From Acidimicrobiales bacterium (GTDB taxonomy: Bacteria; Actinomycetota; Acidimicrobiia; Acidimicrobiales; VFJN01), in NCBI GenBank assembly GCA_035641315.1, contig DASQUK010000214.1, positions 2,353 to 66,352 on the forward strand: 64,000 nucleotides of DNA, read 5' to 3'. The position numbers and the translations under genes are program-made. This document shows positions 30,801-40,826 of this stretch, one piece after another. Each line of letters begins with the position of its first letter. Position 1 is the first letter of the stretch. The notes beneath the pieces are model-generated. The model worked only from the letters and a program-made list of their open reading frames with translations. It made no database searches and had not been told where the DNA came from.

Positions 30801-31254
30801 GCGCCTCGAGGGACAGCAGCGCCGGGAGCGGGACCGCCACCCCCGGTGCCTCCAACGCCCCCGTGACCAGCGCCACGCACTCGGCGGTGCCGGCCACGCC
30901 GACGTCGCGCGGGCCGACGGGCGTCCACTGGTCGGCGCCTCGCGGCACGAGGCCGGGGACGGTGGCAGTCGCGAGCACCTGCTCCCGGTGCGCCCGGTCG
31001 GCCAGCGCGGCGGCGACGTCGACCGCGGGCCCGGCCCACGAGTCTCCGGTGGTCCACAGCTCGCCGACCGCGAGACCGACCGCGGCGCCGGACTGCGCCG
31101 CCCGGCGCGCCGCCGCGACCGCGTGGCTCACGGCCGCGTAGGCGAGCACGGTGCGCCCCCGCTCACGCGAGACCAACGCGCCTCCCGCCGTCTCCCACTC
31201 GTCGCCGCCGACCGCCGCGAGGGTCGTCGCGATGATCGCCCTCGGATCCGCCAC
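27850..31254 (-). CDS. large LuxR-family regulator: degenerate cyclase-homology domain, AAA/NTPase, TPR-like repeats and a C-terminal LuxR HTH
   Basis: GTG at 31254. GLAVGELWTTGDSWAGPAVDVAAALADRAHREQVLATATV (cyclase-like), Walker A GGEAGTGKTRLL, Walker B LLLVLDDLQWA, C-terminal LTAREVAVLHHLVEGRSNREIGSRLHISQHTAANHVRSILLKTG. Confidence 0.8.
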   Translation of the reverse strand: MADPRAIIATTLAAVGGDEWETAGGALVSRERGRTVLAYAAVSHAVAAARRAAQSGAAVGLAVGELWTTGDSWAGPAVDVAAALADRAHREQVLATATVPGLVPRGADQWTPVGPRDVGVAGTAECVALVTGALEAPGVAVPLPALLSLEAPFPFVPRDEAWSVLQRAWVAAGSGARQVVLVGGEAGTGKTRLLSEFARSVHDGGAVVLYGGCSDAPAAPYQPFAEALEHLVRGFGADQLARLAEVHAVELARLAPSLAAIVDAPARGDASDSATERYRLFGAVTSLIDQVAAQRPLLLVLDDLQWAGRPTIQLLDHLIRASPANGVAIVGSYRSTSAEVGDALREALPDLRRHPGVSRVALAGFDRDGIRRFVAGAAGQETDPTLDAVVDVLDAQTGGNAFLLGELWRQLVDTGHLARRAGRWRIARPLHEVASPEGVREVVDARLGRLPDGTRRLLEVAAVIGTQFTADVMSEAVQAEPRTVLEALDPAVRAGLVTETGGGEHRFAHGLVQRSVVDNLSSASKRGMHLDVARALERVRGDRSVSQVAHHLVAAVPLADSDEVVAAARRAAAAAVRAVAYDDAAQHLEAVLGLVGSAPARCELLLELADAHMRAGDVTAAQARCLEAHALAVGCGEPAQVVAAALAHEDANWRAALHGGTSEHLLRQALPLVDDEAIEVRVRAALGRSLALSGRAEEARVLTDAALAAARELDDFAALREAMSAVLFVPWVPATIDHQVAIARELEARARGTGDVWEHAALDKLLYGLITLGELDEVRELAPRHRALALASGQPLFRVLDLQLHSLLAMGDGRLAKAEAMAEEANTLSGFLSGNDAAGGYGVQLFTIRREQGRLGEARPLVEAVARLGREGATWRPALAVLYAELGRTDDAARELRYLVADGLLAVPRDSLYCTSLSYLADAAVAVADHDAGDAVYRELVPYRNLVVQVGNLLAAYGSVDRHLGSLAALLGRPRDAETHFEAALRLDGRAGMPVWLAHSQVAYGGFLAGRGRPGDVDRGRALLQSAVETARRLGMARLLADATDALDRAATAPVTGPGNDSRGDGGPTVSLTAREVAVLHHLVEGRSNREIGSRLHISQHTAANHVRSILLKTGCANRTEAATWAMRRGLVAG

Positions 31255-31395
31255 CGCAGGCACTGTAGTCAATCCTGACCAGTGAGGCCTGCCCACGGCG
31301 GCCGGGCAGTAGTGCGCGTCCGGGTCATGTGGCGCCGACGGTGTCCCCCTACGGTCCCCGTCACCACGGACATCAACAAGCGCGGGAGAGAAGCG

Positions 31396-32580
31396 ATGAC
31401 CACGATCGAGCACGGCAAGGACCTGCTCACCGATGAGATGCTGCAGCGGTTCGACGAGCGGGCGGCGTCGTACGACCGGGAGAACCGCTTCTTCGATGAG
31501 GACTGGGCGGAGCTGCAGGCGAGCGGGTACCTGACCGGTCCGCTGCCCATCGAGATGGGTGGCAGCGGCCTCGGCCTCGCCGAGGTCAACCGCCTGCAGC
31601 GCCGCTTGGCCTACCACGCGGCGGCGACGGCCCTTGGCGTCAACATGCACGTCTACTGGGTCGGGCTGGCGGCCGACCTGCGGCGGATGGGAGTGCCCGG
31701 CGGTGACTGGATCCTCGCGGCGGCGGCCGACGGGCAGGTGCTCGCCGCCGGCCACGGCGAAACGGGCAACGACGTGCCGGTGCTGCTCTCGTCGGCCAAG
31801 GCCGAACGGGTCGACGGCGGCTGGGAGATCACGGCGCACAAGATCTTCGGCAGCCTGACCCCGGTCTGGACCTACCTGGGCGTCCACGCGATGGACACCT
31901 CGGACCCGGCGACGCCGCAGATCGTGCACGGCTTCCTCCACCGCGACGCGCCCAGGTACCACATCGAGGAGACCTGGGACGTGCTGGGCATGCGGGCCAC
32001 CGCGTCGCACGACACGATCCTCGATCGGGCGTTCATCCCCGACGAGCACGTCGCGATGGTCTGCCCGGCGGGCTTCGCCGGCGCCGGCCCGTTCCACGTC
32101 GCGCTGTTCGCCTGGGCCCTGCTCGGGTTCGCCGCCGTGTACCTCGGGGTGGCCAGGCGGGCCTTCGACGAGGTGGTGCAGCAGCTCCCCCGGCGGACAT
32201 CGGTGGCGCTGACCCGGTCGATGGCCTACCACCCCGAGGTGCAGCACATGGTGGCCGACATGCGCATCGCGCTCGAGGCGGCGGAGGCCCATCTCGACAA
32301 GCTGTGCGACGACTGGACCAACGGCGTCGACCACGGCATGGACTGGCCGGTGAAGATCCTCGCGGGCAAGCACGCGGTCGTCACGCAGGCGTGGTCGGTG
32401 GTCGACACCGCGCTCGACGTCAGTGGCGGCTCGGGCATCTTCAAGCGCACGCGGCTCGAGCAGCTCGTGCGCGAGTGCCGGTTGGGCCGCATCCACCCCG
32501 GCAACCCGATGTTCACGCACGAGGCGATCGGCAAGCTCAGCCTGGGAATCAGCCCCGACGAGCAACCCCGTTGGGGCTGA
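31396..32580 (+). CDS. acyl-CoA dehydrogenase family protein
   Basis: MTTIEHGKDLLTDEMLQRFDERAASYDRENRFFDEDWAELQASGYL... with three-domain ACAD architecture. ATG at 31396. Confidence 0.8.
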   Translation: MTTIEHGKDLLTDEMLQRFDERAASYDRENRFFDEDWAELQASGYLTGPLPIEMGGSGLGLAEVNRLQRRLAYHAAATALGVNMHVYWVGLAADLRRMGVPGGDWILAAAADGQVLAAGHGETGNDVPVLLSSAKAERVDGGWEITAHKIFGSLTPVWTYLGVHAMDTSDPATPQIVHGFLHRDAPRYHIEETWDVLGMRATASHDTILDRAFIPDEHVAMVCPAGFAGAGPFHVALFAWALLGFAAVYLGVARRAFDEVVQQLPRRTSVALTRSMAYHPEVQHMVADMRIALEAAEAHLDKLCDDWTNGVDHGMDWPVKILAGKHAVVTQAWSVVDTALDVSGGSGIFKRTRLEQLVRECRLGRIHPGNPMFTHEAIGKLSLGISPDEQPRWG

Positions 32581-32640
32581 AGCCTTCGCGTTCTGTCAGC
32601 GCTCGCACGCGATGCGGCATGCGAGCGCTGACAGAAGGCT
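32581..32640. terminator. 17-bp perfect palindrome between convergent ACAD and IclR genes; related to the 52071/52162 elements
   Basis: ttctgtcagcgctcgca (32591-32607) - cgcgatgcggca - tgcgagcgctgacagaa (32620-32636), with outer agcct/aggct. Confidence 0.6.
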
Positions 32641-32718
32641 TCAAAACCACGCTGCGTCAGTCTGCGCCGCCCCGCTTGACGACCAAGGTGTGCGTCTGAC
32701 CGGTCCACCGCCAGCTCA

Positions 32719-33375
32719 TCAGGCGAGGCTGCGGGAGATGCGGGCGGCCGCCTGGGCCACCGCATCCCCGTAGCGGCGTCCGGGGGCACGGCTGGTGCGG
32801 TCGACCGGGCCACTGACGCTGACGGCCGCCACCACCCGACCCGACGGGTCCACGACCGGAGCGCTCACCGACGCCACCCCCGCCTGTCGTTCCTCCACGC
32901 TTTCGACCCAGGCCCGGGCACGGGCCCCCCGGTTGGCGCCGCCGCTGAACACCCGGCCAGCGGATCCCCGGTCCAGCGGCAGCCGGGCGCCGACCGGGAC
33001 GATCGTTCGCAGCTCGTGGGGCGCCTCCAGCGACTCGACGCACACCCGGACGTCGCCGTCTCGCACGTAGAGCTGGACCGACTCGCCGGTCTGCTCCTGC
33101 AACCAGGCGAGCGCCGGCCGGGCGTCCAGCCACGCAGGCACGGCCTCGGCGGCGGCATGGCCCAGCCCGATGAGACGGAGGCCCAACGTGAACCGCCCGT
33201 CCTCGTCGCGCCGGACGAGGCCGTGCGCCTCCAGCGCGACTGCGAGCCGATGGGCCGTGGCTCGGGACAGACCGGTGGCCGCGACCAGCTCGGTCAACGA
33301 CTGCGGGCCGCGCTCGAGCGCGGCCAGGACACCGACCGCCTTGTCCACCACCCCGACGCCGCTTATGCTGTCCAC
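32719..33375 (-). CDS. IclR-family transcriptional regulator, divergent from leuCD (LtbR-like arrangement)
   Basis: [60 protein letters not shown], an IclR HTH followed by an effector domain. Confidence 0.8.
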   Translation of the reverse strand: MDSISGVGVVDKAVGVLAALERGPQSLTELVAATGLSRATAHRLAVALEAHGLVRRDEDGRFTLGLRLIGLGHAAAEAVPAWLDARPALAWLQEQTGESVQLYVRDGDVRVCVESLEAPHELRTIVPVGARLPLDRGSAGRVFSGGANRGARARAWVESVEERQAGVASVSAPVVDPSGRVVAAVSVSGPVDRTSRAPGRRYGDAVAQAAARISRSLA

Positions 33376-33413
33376 GTGTTGGGAACTCTATCTCGAAATG
33401 TGAGACGACCGCC

Positions 33414-34817
33414 ATGCCGAGCACGCTGAGCCAGAAGGTCTGGGACCGGCACGTCGTCCGGTCCGCAGGGGGCGAGCCCGACCTGCTCTACATCGACCTT
33501 CACCTGGTCCACGAGGTCACGTCGCCGCAGGCGTTCGACGGGCTCCGCCTCGCCGGGCGCAAGGTCCGTCGGCCCGACCTCACGGTCGCCACGATGGACC
33601 ACAACGTCCCCACCGCGGGCATCGACAAACCGATCGCCGACCCCATCTCGGCCAAGCAGATGCAGGTGTTGCGGGCCAACTGCGAGGAGTTCGGCATCAC
33701 CTGCTACGCCATCGGCGACGCCGGCCAGGGCATCGTCCACATCATCGGGCCCGAACAGGGTTTGACCCAGCCGGGCATGACCATCGTGTGCGGCGACAGC
33801 CACACGTCGACCCACGGTGCCTTCGGGGCGCTGGCGTTCGGGATCGGCACCAGCGAGGTCGAGCACGTGCTGGCCACGCAGACGCTGCCGCAGCAGCGGC
33901 CCGGCACCATGGCGGCCACCGTCGACGGCGAGCTGCCAGCTGGCGCCACCGCCAAGGACGTGATCCTCGCCATCATCGGGCGCATCGGCACCGGTGGCGG
34001 CATCGGCTCGATCATCGAGTACCGCGGCTCCACCATCCGCAGCCTGTCGATGGAGGGCCGGATGACGGTGTGCAACATGTCGATCGAGGCGGGCGCCAAG
34101 GCGGGCCTCATCGCCCCCGACGACACGACGTTCGCCTACGTCGAGGGCCGCCGCCACGCCCCCACCGGCGCCGCCTGGGAGCGGGCCCTCGACGACTGGC
34201 GGGCGCTGCCCACCGACGAGGGCGCCGCCTTCGACAAGGAGGTGGCACTGGACGCCGCCGGCATCGTCCCGCACGTCACCTGGGGCACCAACCCGGGCCA
34301 GGTGACGCCCATCTCCGGGGGCGTCCCCGAACCCGACGCGTTCGCCGATCCCTCCGAGCGCGACGCCGCCCGCCGGGCGCTCGACTACATGGGCCTGACG
34401 GCCGGCACGCCGCTGCGCGACATCCGGGTCGACACCGTGTTCATCGGGTCGTGCACCAACAGTCGCATCGAGGACCTGAGGGCCGCCGCCGCCGTGGCCG
34501 AGGGCCGCAAGGTCGCCCGCGGCGTCCGCACGCTGGTGGTGCCCGGGTCGCACGCGGTCAAGGCCCAGGCCGAGGCCGAGGGGCTCGACAAAGTCCTCCG
34601 CGCTGCCGGGTTCGACTGGCGCGAGCCCGGCTGCTCGATGTGTCTGGCCATGAACCCCGACAAGCTGGCCCCTGGCGAGCGCTGCGCCTCGACCAGCAAC
34701 CGCAACTTCGAGGGCCGCCAGGGCCGGGGCGGGCGCACCCACCTGGTCTCGCCCGCCGTCGCCGCCGCGACGGCCATCGCCGGCAGGTTCGCCACCCCCG
34801 ACGACCTCCACGACTGA
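33414..34817 (+). CDS. leuC: 3-isopropylmalate dehydratase large subunit
   Basis: [17 protein letters not shown]...[28 protein letters not shown]...[11 protein letters not shown]...[10 protein letters not shown], the aconitase-family cluster ligands. Confidence 0.95.
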   Translation: MPSTLSQKVWDRHVVRSAGGEPDLLYIDLHLVHEVTSPQAFDGLRLAGRKVRRPDLTVATMDHNVPTAGIDKPIADPISAKQMQVLRANCEEFGITCYAIGDAGQGIVHIIGPEQGLTQPGMTIVCGDSHTSTHGAFGALAFGIGTSEVEHVLATQTLPQQRPGTMAATVDGELPAGATAKDVILAIIGRIGTGGGIGSIIEYRGSTIRSLSMEGRMTVCNMSIEAGAKAGLIAPDDTTFAYVEGRRHAPTGAAWERALDDWRALPTDEGAAFDKEVALDAAGIVPHVTWGTNPGQVTPISGGVPEPDAFADPSERDAARRALDYMGLTAGTPLRDIRVDTVFIGSCTNSRIEDLRAAAAVAEGRKVARGVRTLVVPGSHAVKAQAEAEGLDKVLRAAGFDWREPGCSMCLAMNPDKLAPGERCASTSNRNFEGRQGRGGRTHLVSPAVAAATAIAGRFATPDDLHD

Positions 34818-34822
34818 GTGCC

Positions 34823-35416
34823 ATGACCCCCGTTCGTATCGTCCGAGGCACCGCCGTCCCGTTGGATCGGTCCGACGTGGACACCGACCAGATCATCCCC
34901 GCCGAGTGGCTCAAGCGGGTCGAGCGCACCGGCTTCGGGCAGGGACTGTTCGCGACCTGGCGCGACGACGGCGACTTCGTGCTCAACGACGAGCGCTTCG
35001 CCGGGGCCACGATCCTGCTGGCGGGTCCCAACTTCGGCACCGGCTCGTCCCGGGAGCATGCGGTGTGGGCCATCGCCGACTACGGCTTCGCCGCCGTCGT
35101 GAGCCCGCGGTTCGGAGACATCTTCCGCAACAACGCCACCAAGAACGGGCTCGTCCCGGTGGTGGTGCCGTTCGACGTGGGGGAGGCGCTGCTGCGGGCG
35201 ATCGAGGCCGATCCCGGCTTGGAGATCACGATTGACGTCGAGCGGCGCACGCTCTCGGCCCCGGGCGCCGGCATCGAGTGCGACTTCCCGCTCGACGACG
35301 CCACCCGCGAGCGCTTCCTCCAGGGCCTCGACGACATCGGGATCAGCCTGCGCCACGCCGACGCCATCGACGAGTACGAGGCCCGCCGCCCGGACTGGAT
35401 GCCCAGCGCCGGCTAG
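34823..35416 (+). CDS. leuD: 3-isopropylmalate dehydratase small subunit
   Basis: DVDTDQIIPAEWLKRVERTGFG...LLAGPNFGTGSSREHAVWAIADYGF...SPRFGDIFRNNATKNGL. Confidence 0.95.
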   Translation: MTPVRIVRGTAVPLDRSDVDTDQIIPAEWLKRVERTGFGQGLFATWRDDGDFVLNDERFAGATILLAGPNFGTGSSREHAVWAIADYGFAAVVSPRFGDIFRNNATKNGLVPVVVPFDVGEALLRAIEADPGLEITIDVERRTLSAPGAGIECDFPLDDATRERFLQGLDDIGISLRHADAIDEYEARRPDWMPSAG

Positions 35417-35839
35417 TCAGAGCTCGACGACGAGCGGCGCGGCGGCGGGCGCGGCGATGTCGTGGACGAGGATCACGGTGGTGCCGGCCGGCGAGCTCGA
35501 CACCTTCACCCGGTCGACGAGCGCTTCCATCAGCGCCAGGCCCCGCTGACCCACGGCCTCGGGCGCCGGCATGTAGGCGTGGCGCGGCGGGCGGAAGCCG
35601 CTGCCGAGGTCGCTGACGATCAGCGTGCAGGTCGATTCGTCCACGCTCACGGCGACGGTGAAGGTGTCGCCCGCGGCGTGGAGGATGGCGTTGTTGCACG
35701 CCTCGGCCACGGCCAGCACGAGGGTGTCCGCGACGTCGGGCGGCACGCCCGCCGACCGCAGCACGTGATCGACGAAGGCGCGGGCCGACGGCACGGCAGC
35801 GGGCTCTCGCCGGAACCTCGTGCTGGTCTGCAGGTTCAT
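35417..35839 (-). CDS. RsbW/SpoIIAB-like anti-sigma factor serine kinase (HATPase_c)
   Basis: ARAFVDHVL...LAVAEACNNAILHA (N-box), VSDLGSGF (G1-like), GLALMEALVDRV. Confidence 0.7.
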   Translation of the reverse strand: MNLQTSTRFRREPAAVPSARAFVDHVLRSAGVPPDVADTLVLAVAEACNNAILHAAGDTFTVAVSVDESTCTLIVSDLGSGFRPPRHAYMPAPEAVGQRGLALMEALVDRVKVSSSPAGTTVILVHDIAAPAAAPLVVEL

Positions 35840-36010
35840 TGCCGCTCGCGGTACCCCCCACTTCATGCGCACAAACGCTACGTTCCGTCACGGCGTCCGT
35901 GCGACCCGGGCGCCGGCGACGGCCGATCACCGCCCATTGGAGGCGGCGTAGTGTCGCGAGCGCATCCCCACCCACCGATCCGTACGCAGGTGGCTCCGCA
36001 TGACCGTTCC

Positions 36011-36154
36011 TCCTCGGGGGCTGCGCCCCCGCTCCCCATCGACGTCCGGCTCCCTGGCTTGTCGACCCAACTATCCGCCCGTCTCGCGGCGACAAGGCGA
36101 GCGGGCTCTAGTTGGGTCGATCGCACGCCCGTCCGGTCAGGAGCTGCACTCATG
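36011..36154 (+). repeat. repeated 5'-leader element, long copy with about 60 nt of nested hairpin insert
   Basis: Same ends as 24585-24668. Extra segment: tcgacccaacta (tccgcccgtctcgc ggcgacaag gcgagcgggc) tagttgggtcga, a 12-bp outer stem enclosing a second imperfect stem. Confidence 0.8.
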
Positions 36155-36574
36155 ACCGCTCCTCGTCCCGTGCAGCTCACCGCCCCCGCCGAGCGCAGCT
36201 CGGTGCGGCTCGCCCGTCTGGTTGCCAGCGGCGTGGGGGCCGAGGCCGGCCTCAGCATCGACGACACCGAGGACCTGCGGATCGCCGTCAGCGAGCTCGT
36301 CGCGCTGCTGATCGACGGCGTCGACGATCCCGCCCGGTCGATCGTCGTCAGCTATCTCAGCGCGCCCGGTGAGGTGACCGTCGAGGGTGAGGGCGAGCGC
36401 GGGCCCGGGGTTGGCACCCGCGACACGATCGAGCGGTCCGAGGGGACCGAGCACGCCGTGGTCGACGACCTGGCGCTCGAGATTCTGCGCGTGGTCGTCG
36501 ACGTCCACGACTTCCGTGCCGACGAGGCGGGCCGCCGCTTCCGCTTGGTGAAACGGGCGCGCCCCACTCCATGA
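36152..36574 (+). CDS. anti-sigma-factor-like protein with a degenerate HATPase fold (N-box Asn/His missing)
   Basis: SVRLARLVASGVGAEAGLSIDDTEDLRIAVSELVALLIDG aligns by eye to the RsbW N-box region, but the catalytic N and H are replaced. Confidence 0.4.
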   Translation: MTAPRPVQLTAPAERSSVRLARLVASGVGAEAGLSIDDTEDLRIAVSELVALLIDGVDDPARSIVVSYLSAPGEVTVEGEGERGPGVGTRDTIERSEGTEHAVVDDLALEILRVVVDVHDFRADEAGRRFRLVKRARPTP

Positions 36575-36723
36575 GCCGGCTACGCCCGACCGCTCCCTTC
36601 CGCTCATCGGCGTGCCTTCGGCCCGCCTCTGAGCGATCGCCGCTTCGCGGCGAGCACCGCACTGTGTCTCTGGCTCGCTCGCACTTTGTGCTCGCTCGCG
36701 TGGTCCTGTCGCCTCCGGTGCGG

Positions 36724-36785
36724 CGGCTCCGACGCTGTGATGCCCGCTCTCGGCGGCTACGCCGCCGGGCCGCTCGGGCCCTGGC
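36724..36785 (+). repeat. ~62-bp direct repeat copy 1 (contains REP-A core 36743-36780)
   Basis: ggctccgacgctgtgatgcccgctctcggcggctacgccgccgggccgctcgggccctgg. Confidence 0.8.
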
Positions 36786-36879
36786 GCCGCCGGCGCCACT
36801 AGGCGCCGCCAGCGGCGCCGCATACTCAGCGCCACCCGCTCGCTACCCGCCCTCCGCCGGAAGGCGAATAGCGGCCTCG

Positions 36880-36940
36880 GGCTCCGACGCTGCGTTTCCC
36901 GCTCTTGGCGGCTGCGCCGCCGGGCCGCTCGGGCCCTGGG
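36880..36940 (+). repeat. ~62-bp direct repeat copy 2 (contains REP-A core 36898-36935), ending 20 nt upstream of the sigma-factor ATG
   Basis: ggctccgacgctgcgtttcccgctcttggcggctgcgccgccgggccgctcgggccctgg. Confidence 0.8.
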
Positions 36941-36959
36941 GCCGAGTCGAGGCGTACCT

Positions 36960-37721
36960 ATGACGCACCTCGGCCAACCTGACGAGCTCGACGACGCCGT
37001 ACTCGACCTGCGCTTCCGTGAGTACCAGGCGACACGCGAGCGGTCGATCCGCAACGAGCTCGTCGAGGCCCACCGGGGCCTGGCGGCGCGCATCGCCAAC
37101 GACTACCGGGGCCGGGGCGTCGAGCTCGACGACCTCGTGCAGATCGCTCTGCTGGGAATCCTCAAGGCGGTCGAGCGCTTCGATCCCGACCGCGGCATCC
37201 CGTTCTCGTCGTTCGCCAGCCGCACGGTCAACGGCGAGATCAAGCGCTACTTCCGTGACCGCACCTGGGCGGTCCGGCCACCGCGCAGCACGCAGGAACG
37301 CCACCTCGACCTGCGCCGCGCCACTGCCACCATGTCGGCGCGCCTGGGCCGGCCGCCGTCGGTGCGCGAGCTGGCCGCGGAGCTGGAGCTGTCGGAGGAC
37401 GAGGTCCTCGACGCCATGGAGGCGGGAGCCGCCTACCGGGCCGCCAGCCTCGACGCCCGGCGGCCCGGCGACGAGGAGGGGTCGTCGCTGGCCGACCGCC
37501 TGCCCGGCACCGAGCCGCCCAGCCGGCCGGTCGAGCTGCGCCTGCTCGTCGGCCAGCTTCTCGACACGTTGCCCCCGCGGGAGGCCGAGATCGTGCGCCT
37601 GCGCTTCTACGACGAGCTGACCCAGAGCGAGATCGCCGAGCGGCTCGGGATCAGCCAGATGCACGTCTCGCGGCTCATCCGCCGCTGCCTGCTGGAGCTA
37701 CGTGACGTGCTGGGCCGCTAA
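36960..37721 (+). CDS. group-3 (SigB/SigF-type) RNA polymerase sigma factor
   Basis: Region 2 (DDLVQIALLGILKAVERFDPDRGIPFSSFASRTVNGEIKRYFRD), region 3, and region 4 (REAEIVRLRFYDELTQSEIAERLGISQMHVSRL). Confidence 0.85.
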   Translation: MTHLGQPDELDDAVLDLRFREYQATRERSIRNELVEAHRGLAARIANDYRGRGVELDDLVQIALLGILKAVERFDPDRGIPFSSFASRTVNGEIKRYFRDRTWAVRPPRSTQERHLDLRRATATMSARLGRPPSVRELAAELELSEDEVLDAMEAGAAYRAASLDARRPGDEEGSSLADRLPGTEPPSRPVELRLLVGQLLDTLPPREAEIVRLRFYDELTQSEIAERLGISQMHVSRLIRRCLLELRDVLGR

Positions 37722-38038
37722 CGCTCGACCGCCAGCAGGTCGTCGAGGCGGGTGATGGCGAACAGACGCTCCACCTGCGGGGGGACGGCTCGCACAGCGA
37801 ACCGCCCGCCCTGGGACTCGGCGTGCCGGTGCAGGGCGACGAGCGCCCCGAGTCCGCTGGAGTCGACGAAGCCCACGTCGGACAGGTCGAGCACCAGCGA
37901 CTCGTGGCCGGCATCGACGAGACCCGCGAGCTCGCGCTTCACGCTCTCGGAGGTGACGATGTCGAGGTCGCCGGCCAGCCGGGCAGCCGCCGCGCCCCCG
38001 GACCGCTCGACGATCTCGAGGCTTGCCTGCTCACTCAC
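37718..38038 (-). CDS. STAS-domain anti-sigma-factor antagonist
   Basis: LVLDLSDVGFVDSSGLGALVAL with the conserved phosphorylatable Ser context (DSSG). Its stop overlaps the sigma-factor stop by 4 nt, convergently. Confidence 0.85.
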   Translation of the reverse strand: MSEQASLEIVERSGGAAAARLAGDLDIVTSESVKRELAGLVDAGHESLVLDLSDVGFVDSSGLGALVALHRHAESQGGRFAVRAVPPQVERLFAITRLDDLLAVER

Positions 38039-38151
38039 GGGATCACTCCTGGATCGAGGCGCCTGCCCGTCTGGTCGGGCAACGGCGAGGACACTAGCCG
38101 AGCCCCTCCGGCCGGGCCGCCGGGTTCGGCGGGCCCGGAGCCCGCAACGAC

Positions 38152-38195
38152 CGCCCTCCCGTCGATGATCGTTTGGCGATCACCGACGGGAGGGA
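38152..38195 (-). terminator. long hairpin downstream of leuA
   Basis: ccctcccgtcgatgatcg-tttgg-cgatcaccgacgggaggg, a 17-bp stem with one mismatch. Confidence 0.5.
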
Positions 38196-38318
38196 CCCGT
38201 CACGGGCACCCGGCCCAGGCCCGGGGCACCCGCTCGGCGTTCGGTGCGGTCATTGGGCGCGGGCATCGTAACCCGGGTGTGACATCCGTTACAGTGACAA
38301 TGTGGTGACGAGCGCGCG

Positions 38319-40340
<2,022 letters not shown>

Positions 40341-40354
40341 TTAGCCTCTGGCCC

Positions 40355-40807
40355 GTGAGTCGCCGACTGCTCCGGGTGGGTCTGTTCGTGCTGCTGGTGG
40401 GCGCGGTCCAGGCGCTGCTGCGCTTCCTGCGCGAGGCCCGGCCGACGCCCGAGCGCGCGCCGGGGCCGACACCTTCCCGTGCGCCGTCCCGGACGGGGCC
40501 CCGGTTCGCGAGGCCGCAACCCGCCGCCGAGAAGGCGGCGCCCACGCCCGCCGCGAAGACGCCTTCCACGAAGGCAGCGGCCAAGAAGGCACCGGCCAAG
40601 CAGCCGGCGAAGAAGGCGACGGCCACCAAGAAGACCGCCACCAAGAAAGCACCGGCGGCCAAGAAGTCGACGGCCAAGTCGCCCGGCAAGAAGCCGACCG
40701 GGTCGACGTCAGCGAAGAAGGCGGCCACCAAGAAGTCGCCCGCGAAGAAGGCGCCGCCGACGGCGGGAGGCCCCGGCAGCGACGGCGACAGCGCCGGCCC
40801 GTCCTAG
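40355..40807 (+). CDS. membrane-anchored Lys/Ala/Pro-rich (histone-H1/HbhA-tail-like) protein
   Basis: GTG at 40355. N-terminal hydrophobic helix [18 protein letters not shown], then repeated AKKA/TKKA units ([38 protein letters not shown]...). Confidence 0.5.
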   Translation: MSRRLLRVGLFVLLVGAVQALLRFLREARPTPERAPGPTPSRAPSRTGPRFARPQPAAEKAAPTPAAKTPSTKAAAKKAPAKQPAKKATATKKTATKKAPAAKKSTAKSPGKKPTGSTSAKKAATKKSPAKKAPPTAGGPGSDGDSAGPS

Positions 40808-40826
40808 CGCGCCGCCCCGCTCGGGC

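Noticed and set aside
27850-32565. 1571-aa minus-strand ORF taken as a single giant regulator
   Set aside because: Codons upstream of the GTG at 31254 are antisense to the well-supported acyl-CoA dehydrogenase (31396-32580) and translate to Arg/His/Pro-rich nonsense. The regulator is therefore called as 27850-31254.
33376-33413. Leader-peptide attenuator upstream of leuCD
   Set aside because: Only 38 nt separate the divergent IclR and leuC starts, which is too short for a leader ORF plus terminator. Regulation here is more likely through the IclR (LtbR-like) protein. The AT-richer tract ttgggaactctatctcgaaatgtgag may be its operator, but I cannot support a specific site.
36571-36963. 130-aa ORF in the spacer upstream of the sigma factor
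   Set aside because: Its sequence (…RRLRRCDARSRRLRRRAARALAPP…) is a translation of the direct repeats and REP-A cores. It has no coding-type codon bias and no start context.
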